Source: Diplonema japonicum
Taxonomy: Eukaryota; Protista; Euglenozoa: Diplonemea
Direction of reading: 5' to 3'
Assembly (NCBI GenBank): GCA_964019335.1
Contig: OZ025676.1
Location: forward strand, 1 to 64,000
Length of the DNA: 64,000 bases
Both the position numbers and the translations under genes were made by a program. A model generated the notes under the pieces. That model saw nothing but the letters and a program-made list of their open reading frames with translations, did not search any database and was not told the DNA's origin. The stretch's first letter is position 1. Each line of letters starts with the position of its first letter. Shown piece after piece: positions 35,187 to 46,318 of this stretch.

Positions 35187-36928
35187 TTAAACAGACACGG
35201 TCGCGGTAACCTTCTTGGCACCCCCTGAGCATGTCACAGCCATCTCACCTGATGATGCAACTGCTGCTGTGATGCTGATGGTGTTGCCCTTAACTTCGAC
35301 GGGCAGTTTGCAGAGAGATACTTTTTCCTCGCCTCGGATCTCCACAATGTGGACAAGAACGGACGTTTTGCCCGCAACAGGCAGCGGTAGCTTCCCTTCG
35401 CAAGGCAGCAGTGTGCCTGCAGCCAGAATTTCTTTCACAGCTGTGTATTGTGTTAAAGCGTATCGCGTGTTGTTCCCAGCATACCCCCCGATGCTGACAT
35501 GACCCCCACGGCATGCACCAGCTTCGTTACCAAGGTCTTCATCCCCACAGGGTCAACCTCTTTCCCTGCTGTACCTTTACCAGCCATTTGCCATACAGAC
35601 CCCACAGGCACACCCACACCAGACTGTGTTTGAGGTTACTTCAACGACAATCCATACCAAGCAACACAGGTCTGCTTGTGTTGCCGCACCAAAGGCAGCG
35701 ACCTCTTGGGGTTGGTTGATAACTGACGATGTCACATCACACCCACACTCCTTCAGCGCGCCATCTACGGCGGTCTTCACGAGGTTGTTCGCGCTGCCAC
35801 CACCAACGAGAAGCACCGTGGAAAGTTTCTGTGAGAATGTGAAATGCCACGTCGCCTTGTGTTGCATACCTTGTTCTCGAAACTTGATTCCTTCAGACAC
35901 TTGCACACAGCTTCTTTGATACGGGGCAGCAACACCCCTGCCAAACCGTCGAAACGCGACTTTGTAATGTTACCACTGTAGTCCACGCCGTCACACAAGG
36001 CCTCGATGGTCACAGAGCCCTGCTGACGCACCGACAGCGTCCTCTTCACCACCTCACATGCCGCCAGCAGCTTGCGTTTTGCCCTGTGAGTGTGCGTGCC
36101 TACCACTTCACTGCATACCTCCTGTCGTCATTGACATCGAGCCTGCTCTTTCTTCTGAACTCCTCAGCAAAATATTTTGCAATTATCTCATCGAAGTCCC
36201 TCCCACCCACGCCACAGTACGACACGTTTTCTGTGCTGACGAGGTTGTCCTCCACTGTGCAGGTTGTGATGCTGGTCCCGAGCCCGCCCATGTCCACAAT
36301 CATTGTTGCGCCCGACACCTCGGGCTTTGTGAGGAGGACCGCTGACGAGGGACGCACAATACGGTCAATCTCGAGGCCGGCGTTCTGTACAGTGTCAATG
36401 TTGAACTGTGATGCATACCTTGGCAGCACGCGCGAGTTTCTCGATGCTGGAGGGCTGGTCGCACAGCTCCTCGGGGAGGGTCAGGACGCACCTCATGACT
36501 GCGTTCCCCAAGTACGCCTCAACTTCTTCCTTACCAAACTTGAAGAGAGGGGTGAAGGCATCCACGAAGGAGTGCGTAACGGTGGGTGTTTCGGGGTCCA
36601 TCCCTGCCTGTGTGATAAGGCCTACTATCTCGTCGCCCTCTACGTGTAAATCGAACCCAAGCTTCTTGCTTCGCACCTTGTCAACGTTCTTGCTGTTGGA
36701 AAGCACAAAGGGCAGGGAATGCACCACCTCCCTTGCCCTCTTCACACCGATGACCTTTGCCGTATCACCCACAACCACTTCACCCTCTGAAAACGCCACA
36801 ACTGCTGGTGTCGCACGCGACCCGTGCGAGTTCACAACAATGGAAGCATTGCCGTCCTGTACAACACTGATGATGAGACTGTCGCTGCCAAGGCTGAGCC
36901 CGAAGGTTTCTTGCTGTGTAGATGCCAT
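35187..36928 (-). CDS. Atypical Hsp70 (HSPA14/Ssz1-like, ribosome-associated complex), multi-exon
   Basis: GSRATPAVVAF, IVDMGG, VGGRDFD, CEVVKRTLS, IEALCDGVD, VLLVGG; degenerate phosphate-1 loop and no lid/EEVD. Confidence 0.8.
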
Positions 36929-36981
36929 TTTGATGCCTGTGTGTCATGTGTGTCGAATAAAAAAAACAGAACAAAGTACTA

Positions 36982-37737
36982 CTAAAAGCCCGTGGCGTCT
37001 TCCTGCACGTCGCCAAGGGACGAGGGGGCCTGGTCAGGGTCAGGGGTGTCTGCACCAAGGTGGGCCCAAGGCTCCGCGTCTTCAGCAGCAAGTTTGAGGT
37101 TGAAATGCACAACGATGACGCCGGCAGCAAAGCCCACACACAAGGTGACTGCCTGCCACTTGCGGTACAGCTCTGGACTGTCCTCAATGTCAAGAAGGCC
37201 GAAGATGAACCCGTACAGACCGCCGACCACAATACAACTGACGACAGACGTGTAGATCTGATAGAATGACGTGATGCCCTGGTAGTACCCCTCGTCATCA
37301 TCCTGCGACGTGCACCTACACACACCCATAAGCAACAGATCCATCACAAGGTACACAAAAGCGAACGACAGACTCACTGCCAGCAAGCTGTACATCGGCA
37401 CCTTTGTCGCCTGAGTCAAAGACTTCACAAACTTCTCGTCCAATATTATGGACAGCACACCGCTCACTCCCACCATAACGGCACCAACACATACTATTAT
37501 TTTTGCCTTTCTTTCCACAGTACTGCTTCTTATCCTCCACAAAAGCAAGCCAGCTAATATTATCAGCACTATGCCATATAATATGCTGAAGACGGGATTT
37601 CTAGATATCTATGGTATAGGTGATGACAAATGACGGCTGCATACCTCCTCCAAAGAGCTTCCCACGAGCCACACAAGCACTACGCCTGACACCCCACCGC
37701 ATAGGTGATGCAGCACCAACTTCAGCTTTTCGTTCAT
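36982..37737 (-). CDS. Hypothetical multi-pass membrane protein (1 intron); ATG overlaps the upstream TGA
   Basis: MNEKLKLVL...LEE|ISRNPVFS...; about 6 hydrophobic segments. Confidence 0.7.
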
Positions 37738-39131
37738 TTGTATGAACACACCTGTTGTGTGTTCAGGAAGCATGTGTTTTCTAAATAATGACCGCTACAG
37801 TTGTATGGAAGGTCGTCTTTTACGAAATCCCTTCCATAAAGGAGAACAGAGGCGATAACCTCGTTACTATTAAACCGCACAACTGCGGTTTCGGCGTATC
37901 TGGTGAACTCATAACTGTTACTCGGTTGCTGCATTGTAGTGCTGGGGGTGATAATAGTTGCCTCAGGCACTACCAGACCTGCAGGATGGTCGCTATATAA
38001 GGAGAGTGTGATATTATGTAACCCTTGGCCACTCGGCACAGTGTAACCTGTGACTGTCTTGCCTTTCACCCACACTCCGCACACGGTTGCACCCCATTCA
38101 ACGCCACCTCCACCATCATAGCCATTCAAAACCGCTAAGATGTACCCCTTAGGGGTGCCTGCATGCACGGTAAGCGTGCAGCACATGCCCATGGAACAAT
38201 GCTGGGTTGTGTTGTCTGGTGTGTTGCCGTCTACGTACACATAGCGGTAGGAGTTGCTATGGGCGGGGAAGAGGGTGGTGGGGAAATTATGTGGGATATT
38301 GGAATTAGTAGCGAGGACGCGCGCAGTGAGATGCGCGCTTGGTTGTTCTAGATTATAGTAATAGCTAAGCGGTGCTCCGTCGGTGAACACGCCTGAGCCG
38401 CTGCACTCACCGCTCATGTGATGGTTTGCCATTATGACTGTCACGTTGTTCACACGACTGAAGCCCTGCACGTAGGCAAGCACTTGCATCTGCGCCATCT
38501 CGTTCGTCCAAGCAACGGGCAAAAGGATGTTCTTGACACCAGCATCGACGAGTGCCTGAGTGGGGTAGGCGTAGATGAAGTCTGCACACGTGACAAGGCC
38601 GAAGGTCTCTGGGATGCCATGCAATGTAAATGTGCACAGCGTACAGGTGGTGGAGGCATCGAAGTAGCGCTCACCCCAGAGGTTCATCTTGCGCCACTTT
38701 GCGACGAGGATGCCCCTACTGTCGAAGACGAGTGCGGTGTTGTACTGATATCTGCCTGTGGGGCTTGTGCTGTCCGGCTGCAGCTCCCCGATGTTTATTA
38801 TTATCGCAATTCCGTGCTCGGCAGTGCAGCTGATTGTGCGCAGCGCCTCATGGCACGCAGTGCAGGCACAGAGGGAGGTGTTCATGTACTCAGGCTTCAC
38901 TTCTATGAGGTATGGGAGCCAAGCGTCCCTGCTGTTCCCTGCCCCGAACCCGGTAATGCCATACTCTGGCATGAGCAGAATGTCACTCTTGCCTACCAAG
39001 TCCAGCGCGTAGTCACGCGTCTTGTTTGTGTTCAGCATGACTGTTGCATGCGGCGAACCTCCGTCCAGTGCTCCGTACTCCACATAAGATGCCCTGTACC
39101 CCACACAAAGCGCCAGGAGATGGACCAGCAT
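37734..39131 (-). CDS. Vanin/biotinidase-family carbon-nitrogen hydrolase, secreted
   Basis: Signal peptide; LMPEYG, YQYNT, KWRKMNL, TCAD (E-K-C triad); vanin-C-like LYGR. Confidence 0.85.
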   Translation of the reverse strand: MLVHLLALCVGYRASYVEYGALDGGSPHATVMLNTNKTRDYALDLVGKSDILLMPEYGITGFGAGNSRDAWLPYLIEVKPEYMNTSLCACTACHEALRTISCTAEHGIAIIINIGELQPDSTSPTGRYQYNTALVFDSRGILVAKWRKMNLWGERYFDASTTCTLCTFTLHGIPETFGLVTCADFIYAYPTQALVDAGVKNILLPVAWTNEMAQMQVLAYVQGFSRVNNVTVIMANHHMSGECSGSGVFTDGAPLSYYYNLEQPSAHLTARVLATNSNIPHNFPTTLFPAHSNSYRYVYVDGNTPDNTTQHCSMGMCCTLTVHAGTPKGYILAVLNGYDGGGGVEWGATVCGVWVKGKTVTGYTVPSGQGLHNITLSLYSDHPAGLVVPEATIITPSTTMQQPSNSYEFTRYAETAVVRFNSNEVIASVLLYGRDFVKDDLPYNCSGHYLENTCFLNTQQVCSYK

Positions 39132-39917
39132 AGTTTCTTACTGCTGTGAATTGCGCAAGTAAAAGATATAATTCAAAAATTACTCAAAGATGCAAGAGAG
39201 AATAAGAGGTGAAAGAAAAAAGTTAGCTCAAAGAAAAAGTAAAGTAAAAAAAAAAAAAAGCAGGAAGTCGGGGAAAAAAAAAAATAAATGTCTGAAGTAT
39301 GTGATTTTTCTCCTCTTTTTCCATAAAAAATTCACCTTGATGGGGGGGAGGGAGAATTGTTAGCAGCAACCTACCAAAAAAAGAAATAGACCTCCCACCC
39401 CCGATCATTCCCCGTTTTTCTTTTTCATCCTTCTGAAAAACGAGGGACAGCAAGCCATCAGATCAGAGGGAAACATAACCTAGGTGAAGATCTCCGTATG
39501 AAGAACAAAAGAAGGAAATATAAGTGGCCTTTTAAAAAAGAAAAAAAAAAGCACAAGAGAACCTGTCCAGGGACAGCTCTTTCCAAATTCAGTACCACAC
39601 AGCCCTTCTAAAAACCAGAGTAATCTTTTCTTTAAAAAAAAGCTAAATACCATTAAGGCCTCAAAGGCTAGCAAGGAAGGGCTTTGGTGCGGCTCTTTCT
39701 GTTTCCTTCTGTTTTACTTTTTTCCTCGCTTCTGAAAAAAAAAAAAAAAAAAAAAAAAAATCGAACACAACAAAAGGGGAAAAAAATGAGAAAAAAAAAC
39801 ACTTCTTTTTTTTTTTTATTCAGCTTCACTCTCCTTCCTGTTTCCCCTTCATCTTCATTTTCTTCTCTCCTTTTTGATAATAGAATACATATTCCTCCCG
39901 GGTCTTTCTTTCACTCC

Positions 39918-41093
39918 CTATTCTTCTTCAAGCTGCGCTTGTTTCATCGCCTCCAGAATATCTTCAGTATGTGTTTCGATGGCAGAGCGGAAGGGAAGAG
40001 ATGCAAGTTCGCCAGGCGGGAGTGCGATCTGTTTAATTATAACGATTGTTAACGATAATCTTACTCATGTACACACCTCGTCCTGTCCATCGGGCCCGCG
40101 GATGAGATGGACCATGTCGTTGGGGGGCGATATCCAGAAGCCATCGACACCAGGGGGCAGCGTCTCGACCTATGAGGGTGGTTGAAAGAATCTTGTTTAA
40201 TATTATACCTCTGGCCGCAGGGAGACCCTCTTCCTGCCTTTGAGATACGCGCGTGCCGCCTCTGTGGATGCAGTAGAGACCTCAAGCCAGATGACAGGCG
40301 TGCAGATGGTTTCCACGCAGTCTATCCACAGCGACATCTTGTCGTTCCACTGTATCTTGCAGCAGTTCTTGCAGTAGTGAACCACCTTCAGCCCGAGCAC
40401 CTCGCGGTAGAATGCGACTGTCGACTCGTACTTCGGGTACGGGCACTTAATTGCAAAGTTGTTGCCGCCAGAGAACCTGCACTCCACGAGCTTCCCCTTC
40501 TGTCCTGTGGGAGCATGCGACGCGGCCTGCACGTCCAAAGGGTTCTGGTCCTCAGTTTCCTCAGCAGGCGGAGATGGGGTGTGCTTCTGCGGCTTTCCCG
40601 ACGCGATGACCACACTCCCTGGCCCCTTGATGAGATGCACCATGTCGTTCACAGGCGACGCCCAGAAGCCGTCAACACCCTCCGCCAGCTGGTCCACCTC
40701 GTTGCGCATCATCTCGCATTTCTCAAGAAGCGCCTTCGCCCTCACCGTGCAGTTTGTGTCGACTACCAGCCACACACTGGGGTGCGTCAGCTTGTCCGTT
40801 CTGCTGATCCACACGTACATGAACTCAGACCACTCCAGCTTGCACGTGTCTTTGCTGCTGTATTCAACATTCAGCCGCAGGATGTCCCTGTAGAAGGCTA
40901 CAGTGCTCTCGTACTTGTGCGTGGGGCACTTGATTATCAACGAGTTCCCCCCATTGAATACAAGCCCTGCATCGTTGTCATTCGCAACCTCAGGTGCCAG
41001 CTTCACCCCATCGCCCAAGATGTCCCGTTGCGGTGCGCTGCTGCCACCCGACTTGTTTTTCTTCTTCCCAGATTTCTTCTTCCCACCACCCAT
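39918..41093 (-). CDS. Tandemly duplicated glyoxalase/VOC-fold protein of bacterial type (2 introns)
   Basis: Two copies of GGN..IKCP..KYESTVAFYR..L.L...W...WI...W...EV..L..GVDGFW.SP.NDMVHLI.GP. Confidence 0.75.
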
Positions 41094-41271
41094 CGTAGCC
41101 TGTATAAGGATCGCAAACCGGCACAGCACGGTAGGAAAAGGGGAGGGAGAAGGGGGGAAGGGGGTGGGAAACACTCAAGAATCCATAAAAAAACAGAAAA
41201 AAAATGATTTTTTTTTGTCATTCCTTTTTTTTTTTTTTTTTTTTTTTTTTCCCCTTGAAAAAAAAGCCAGT

Positions 41272-42052
41272 TTATTCGTCGTCCTCCGGAAGGTCCTCAC
41301 CATCGAAGAGCGCCTCGTCCTCTGCAGCTGCGTCCCCCTCACCCTCCTCAGGCTCTCTCTCGTAAGCCTCGTGGGCGTCTGCGTCGTCCACGAAAATCCT
41401 GTCGTCGTGTTAAAGGTGTGATTGAGTGCGACATACGTGGCGTCGTGCTCGAACAGGGCACGCCCGCTGATACCACGACCGGTCTGCTTGAACTTCTTGA
41501 TCATAGACTTCTGTGCCTTATCAAGCGCCTTTGCCTTCTGTTCTCTGTTGTTCGCCCACCAGACTTTGAAACTCTCCTCATTCACAGGGGTCAAGTCAGT
41601 TCTGCCAACAAGAGCCTCTCGCTCAGCCTCGAGCTGCTCCTCAAGCCTGGTGTCGTCAGTCTCAATCTCTTCGAAATCGTCTGCCGTCCACAGGTATTCT
41701 CCCCTTTCTGCCGCTGCCGCTGCAGCTGCGCTGTCTTCGGTCGCTTTCTTTTCCTCAATACCACCGTACATCTTTTTCAACTCCAGCTCCTTCTGCTTCT
41801 TCTCCTCCCTGTCCATCTTCTTCTTCTCCTTCTCCATCTCCTGTTTCTTCCCAGCTGCACCCTTCATGTTCGTCTGCACGGTCTGCACATACTTCTGAAC
41901 GGCTTTGCTCCTGTTCTTGTTCTTCAGCCCAAACGTCTGTAAGAAGGTAAAAAACATGTGATGCAAGATTCATCGCATACCTTGTCCTCGATAATCTTTT
42001 CCTTTTTCTTTGCATCTGCCTTGGCACTGCCTTTTGCTTTTTTAGGCGGCAT
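41272..42052 (-). CDS. TMA46/ZC3H15 (DFRP1)-like translation factor lacking CCCH fingers (2 introns)
   Basis: MPPKK...IIEDK|TFGLKNKN.SK.VQKY; LEEQLEAER...LTPVNEESFKVW...ISGRALF. Confidence 0.85.
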
Positions 42053-42163
42053 GTTAGTATAAGTTCTGACTGGGGCTTACGACAACTTGACGAAAGATAG
42101 ATAAGAAGAACATAATAATAGAGAATCAAAAAATGTGACAGGAGGTTACACCTCTAAAAGTCT

Positions 42164-44536
42164 CTATTTGCCAAACTTCTGTTCTATCGCGCTCCTCACA
42201 GCTTGCAGTTGGAAGAGGATCCTGTCACCCATAGCCTCCACGTCTTGGAGGTGCTGTTCGTTGTGCTCTTCAATGTCAACGAGGAGAGAGCCAACGGTCT
42301 GCACCTCGTTGTCGAGGACGGGGTCCTTGGGCTCCATCTTTGTGGAGGCTAGCTTGCGCTTCCTTATGCGGAATCTTTTAATGGACTCGAACAGGAAATT
42401 GTTTTTGTGGTGCGCCGCGTACAGAGGCAAGCAACCTTTGCTCTTTTGCCTCTTGATGTACGTAGGATAGTCGTGCAAAGGCATCTCATCACGTGTAGTG
42501 CCTCGCAGGACAACATCACGCAACGTGTCCTTGTTCTTGCCGTAGGCATTGAGGGATATCGATGTGTAGCTTTTTCTATGTGTGTTCAGCAGCCTATTAA
42601 CAATTGCCATATCCATCTGGAACTGCGTCTTCTTCTGAACAGGGAAGGGGCCAGACAGCCCCACCCGCCGCCCGCGCTTGTCGTTCTTATTGTCTAGTGT
42701 GATGATAGCATTTCCATGGTACTTCCTTGCTGTAGTGCCTATGTTGGCCGCCCTCTCAAGCTCCGCCTTCTGCTCCTCCTTGGCCCTTCGTTTCTCCCAA
42801 CCCCCTGTTCCAATAGAGCTTGTGTCCTTCCCTGACTGTGACCGCGTCTTCGGTGAGGACGAGGAGTTCCCTAAACTAATGGTGTCGGTGTCTGCCGTGT
42901 ATGTGTCTGTCTTCTCCTTCATCTCGATGTATATGCTGTTGCTCCTCTGCTTCTTCCCTACATCTACCATTGTGGTTTTTCGTAATTTGCGTGCTTGTGC
43001 AAGCTGTTCATGAGTAATTAACCCCTTCAGTAATTTATACTTGGTACTGCTCTTCCATGCACTCTGAATCAGCATCGCCGCGGCTATACGGTATCTGTGC
43101 TCAGCTTCGGTGCTGTCAATGTAGTTCTTTATTAATTCATGTTCTTTGGAAGGCTCTAAAATGTTTGTGATGACACCGGTGAAGAAAGTGAGCAGCACCT
43201 GCCCGTAGCACCCCATGAGAAAGGTAAGGATTCTACCTGCCTTTGACTTAGAAGTGACCCGCCCATAGCCGATGGTGGTGGTCGTAGTGAAGACGTAGAA
43301 GAGCGTTTTGTCCATCTCGCCAAAAGTGGAGGGTTGCTCCACGCGTTCGATGATGAAGAGAGCGAATCCGAATACCAAAAACAACAAAACAGTTAAGAAT
43401 GTCATACTCAGCCAGGTGTTATTGAACAAGTACAGCTTCATCGTCAGCTGCCAGCTCATCTTGAAGTTCATTGCTGCTAACTCCTCGTTGTTGTAAAGGA
43501 TCTCGAACCTCTTCTTGTAAGCAGGATGCATGATGTGCAGCACTCTACCCATCACATAGAACCGCAGCAGCATCCAGAGCTGCAGGTACGAGTAGATGGT
43601 CTTCTGTCTGATGCTGACAAAGGTAGACGTCCCGTCCATAAAGGGCATAGGATGCACCAAGTGAATGAAGCATTCCAGGAACCACCACCACGAAAGCGTC
43701 GACTGCCAAAAGGAGTACGCCTCTGCCTTTTTCTTCTTGTGCGACTGCCACAGCACCATTTGCTGCGTCCATTCTTGTCGTTTCTTCTGCAGCTTGATGC
43801 TGTAAAAGCGTGAAATAGCAATCAAACACAGCACTGTGGACCCCGATGTGAGGTATCCCAGCACTTGGCATATTACCTTCCCATTTGGTGAAGGATCGAG
43901 GTCATTGTAGGAAGGTGCTGAGGTGTTTGGGAGCCCTGACTCGCGTACAGGATTGGTGTACCACGTGATCACTGCAGAAGCACCCATGCTTATGACGCCA
44001 AAGAAGGACAACATGGCGACCAGCATGTCTCGGCGGCGGAGCTCTGCTTCGAGCTTCTTGTCCTGCAGCTCGAGCGCGACAATGAAAGCTTTTACAACGT
44101 TCTCTAGTATCTCCTGTGGTGCCTTCAATGGCGTCTTGCTTGACATGAAATGAACGTCGTGCTCAGTCTGAAAGCGCACCCCACGTGACTTGTCGATGCC
44201 GCTTTTCGTGTCCACCTGGTGGATGCTGGGATCACGGTGCTCTCGGATCTTTTGTGTGACATGTTCGTGTCCGTTGAGGTTCCTGAAGGTTCGCGCTACC
44301 TGGGATGACCCTCTGTAGTTCTCATGTGAGACCTCCCGTCCCAAGGCCCCATCAGTCAGTCTTGTGTGCCTGAATCGTTGCCGTAGGCCACTGCCTTGCG
44401 AACGAGGTTGCGACGCCAATTGTTCTCCCCGAAGCCCCCCACGCGCCTCTTCTACCTCATTGTTCCACCTTCCAATCCTGTCACCGAATCCATCTTGCGC
44501 TTGGCTTAAGGGGTTATGGTAGTGCCCATCTGCCAT
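42164..44536 (-). CDS. SK/IK-type calcium-activated potassium channel subunit
   Basis: 6 TM segments, FIHLVHP, MLLRFY, pore TTTTIGYG, AAMLIQSAWK CaM-binding motif. Confidence 0.85.
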   Translation of the reverse strand: MADGHYHNPLSQAQDGFGDRIGRWNNEVEEARGGLRGEQLASQPRSQGSGLRQRFRHTRLTDGALGREVSHENYRGSSQVARTFRNLNGHEHVTQKIREHRDPSIHQVDTKSGIDKSRGVRFQTEHDVHFMSSKTPLKAPQEILENVVKAFIVALELQDKKLEAELRRRDMLVAMLSFFGVISMGASAVITWYTNPVRESGLPNTSAPSYNDLDPSPNGKVICQVLGYLTSGSTVLCLIAISRFYSIKLQKKRQEWTQQMVLWQSHKKKKAEAYSFWQSTLSWWWFLECFIHLVHPMPFMDGTSTFVSIRQKTIYSYLQLWMLLRFYVMGRVLHIMHPAYKKRFEILYNNEELAAMNFKMSWQLTMKLYLFNNTWLSMTFLTVLLFLVFGFALFIIERVEQPSTFGEMDKTLFYVFTTTTTIGYGRVTSKSKAGRILTFLMGCYGQVLLTFFTGVITNILEPSKEHELIKNYIDSTEAEHRYRIAAAMLIQSAWKSSTKYKLLKGLITHEQLAQARKLRKTTMVDVGKKQRSNSIYIEMKEKTDTYTADTDTISLGNSSSSPKTRSQSGKDTSSIGTGGWEKRRAKEEQKAELERAANIGTTARKYHGNAIITLDNKNDKRGRRVGLSGPFPVQKKTQFQMDMAIVNRLLNTHRKSYTSISLNAYGKNKDTLRDVVLRGTTRDEMPLHDYPTYIKRQKSKGCLPLYAAHHKNNFLFESIKRFRIRKRKLASTKMEPKDPVLDNEVQTVGSLLVDIEEHNEQHLQDVEAMGDRILFQLQAVRSAIEQKFGK

Positions 44537-44999
44537 CCCGTACCTGTGTAAACACCTCCCTTAATCGACACGCAGCGAATTGAAAATAAAAAAAGGTATT
44601 TAAGGGGGCAAGAAACAACCTTTCCGTGAACCTTTTCTGCACCGTGGCCCCCATCAGGTGGGACCTGATAATCACTATGATTAACTTTTTTTTTCTTTTT
44701 TTTTTTTTTATTCATCAAATAAAACTGTAATTACAATCACCGACCTATTTCTGTGTTTGGGTTCTTTCTTTCACTTGACAGGACATCGAAAAAGGGTGTT
44801 TACGCGGCTCCTTCGCAGGGCGAGGACATTACGATCTCGAAAGGTAGCAACTTCTGCAACCTTGATTCAGTGCTGAGTCAACCGCAGGGGCAAAAAGTGG
44901 AGAGGGGAAACAGTTGAGGGAGTGGGGACAAATCTTTTAAAAGGAACCTTGGGTCTTGATTGAAAACATCAAGACCACAACACTAGAGGGGGTGCCACG

Positions 45000-46208
45000 C
45001 TACTCATCAGAAGGTGTTTTAAACAATGTTGATGTAGTATGCAGACCGAGGAGGGTTTTGGTGGTATCATAAGTCCACCATTGAATGGCGGTGAGAAATC
45101 CCACCATGATCATGCGCATGGCGAGACCGGAGGTGGCGAGGCGCCAGATACCGTATTCTTGGAGGAGCTGCGAGTAGTTTTTGCTCACGTTTTCGGACTT
45201 TGCCTTCAGCGAGAACAGTGTGTCGGGTACGTGCGACACAGCCGCTGCCACAAGCCCTGTGAAGAACCCAGACAGACAGGTCACCATCAGCTGTGTTGAG
45301 TTCGAATAGCTCTCCTTCGGTAGTGTCAGGATCGCTGAGTAGAAGAACTGCACCGTCCTCTCAAAAACGAAGAACTTCGCCATCGTGTACGGGATCTGTC
45401 TGGACCACACCGCACCGATGGAGCCAAACGGGAACCCATTCTCCTCACGCTCCGCATAAAACCTCATCAAAGCCGGCCAGAAGGACGTTGGGAACGTGCC
45501 CGCCGGCGACGTTTGTATCTTAACCTTCAACATCTCACACGGACACAACGCAAGGTCTGCATATGTCTCAGCAATAGAGGCAGACATCAACCAAATGAAG
45601 CCCGTGTACGTCATGGAGAAGTCCTTCCCGAAGTAGTTCATCAACGTGTCCTTCAGCATCTCGTACATCCCGAACTTGACGACGCCTTGCTTGCTGAACG
45701 AGATGACAAGCGCGTTGGCACCCTTGAGGAGCCCCGCTGAGCCCCACCCGAACTCTTTAATAATAAGGGCCAACGATTGCCGCAAGGTTTGGTACCTCTT
45801 TGGATCGAACTGCATGTTCACTTTCACGACGTCCAAGGGGATCAAAAGGACATGGCTGGCACAGGCAAGGGAACCCGCTATCGCACACTTCATGTAGTAC
45901 GTGGAGTCATGAGGGACTGTTTTGTCCAAAAGCCTTGCGTCCCACTCCCGGCTAAGAGGATGGTTCTTAACATACACCAACACCAAGGCAAGCACCACTA
46001 AACCCACCCACACGAGTCGCTTCTGTCCCTTGAATTTCTTCTGGGGTCTGTTATCACCTTCTACCTCCGCTTCATCAATGTGCACATTGATCCTAGTATT
46101 CGCCTCGGTAGCCACTTTGCTTGCGGTATCAAACAATCCTGTCTGTTGTCTTAGTGGAGATGATGTTGTCCTGGATGTACTCCCGGCCTCTAAGTATCCT
46201 TTTATCAC
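45000..46208 (-). CDS. Mitochondrial phosphate carrier (SLC25A3/MIR1-like) with N-terminal extension
   Basis: PLDVVK, QG..KFG.YE, AE..AD.ALCP.E..KV, WSRQIPYTMAKF, HVPDT, T..QW..YD. Confidence 0.9.
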   Translation of the reverse strand: MIKGYLEAGSTSRTTSSPLRQQTGLFDTASKVATEANTRINVHIDEAEVEGDNRPQKKFKGQKRLVWVGLVVLALVLVYVKNHPLSREWDARLLDKTVPHDSTYYMKCAIAGSLACASHVLLIPLDVVKVNMQFDPKRYQTLRQSLALIIKEFGWGSAGLLKGANALVISFSKQGVVKFGMYEMLKDTLMNYFGKDFSMTYTGFIWLMSASIAETYADLALCPCEMLKVKIQTSPAGTFPTSFWPALMRFYAEREENGFPFGSIGAVWSRQIPYTMAKFFVFERTVQFFYSAILTLPKESYSNSTQLMVTCLSGFFTGLVAAAVSHVPDTLFSLKAKSENVSKNYSQLLQEYGIWRLATSGLAMRMIMVGFLTAIQWWTYDTTKTLLGLHTTSTLFKTPSDE

Positions 46209-46318
46209 TGTCGCAATTTTGTATTTATTTTCCTATGTTCGTTTATGGTTTGATAAAAGGGGTGTGCAAGTACTTTAGGGAGCAATACACTACAAGCCGT
46301 TGGTAGCAAGATGAGAGA

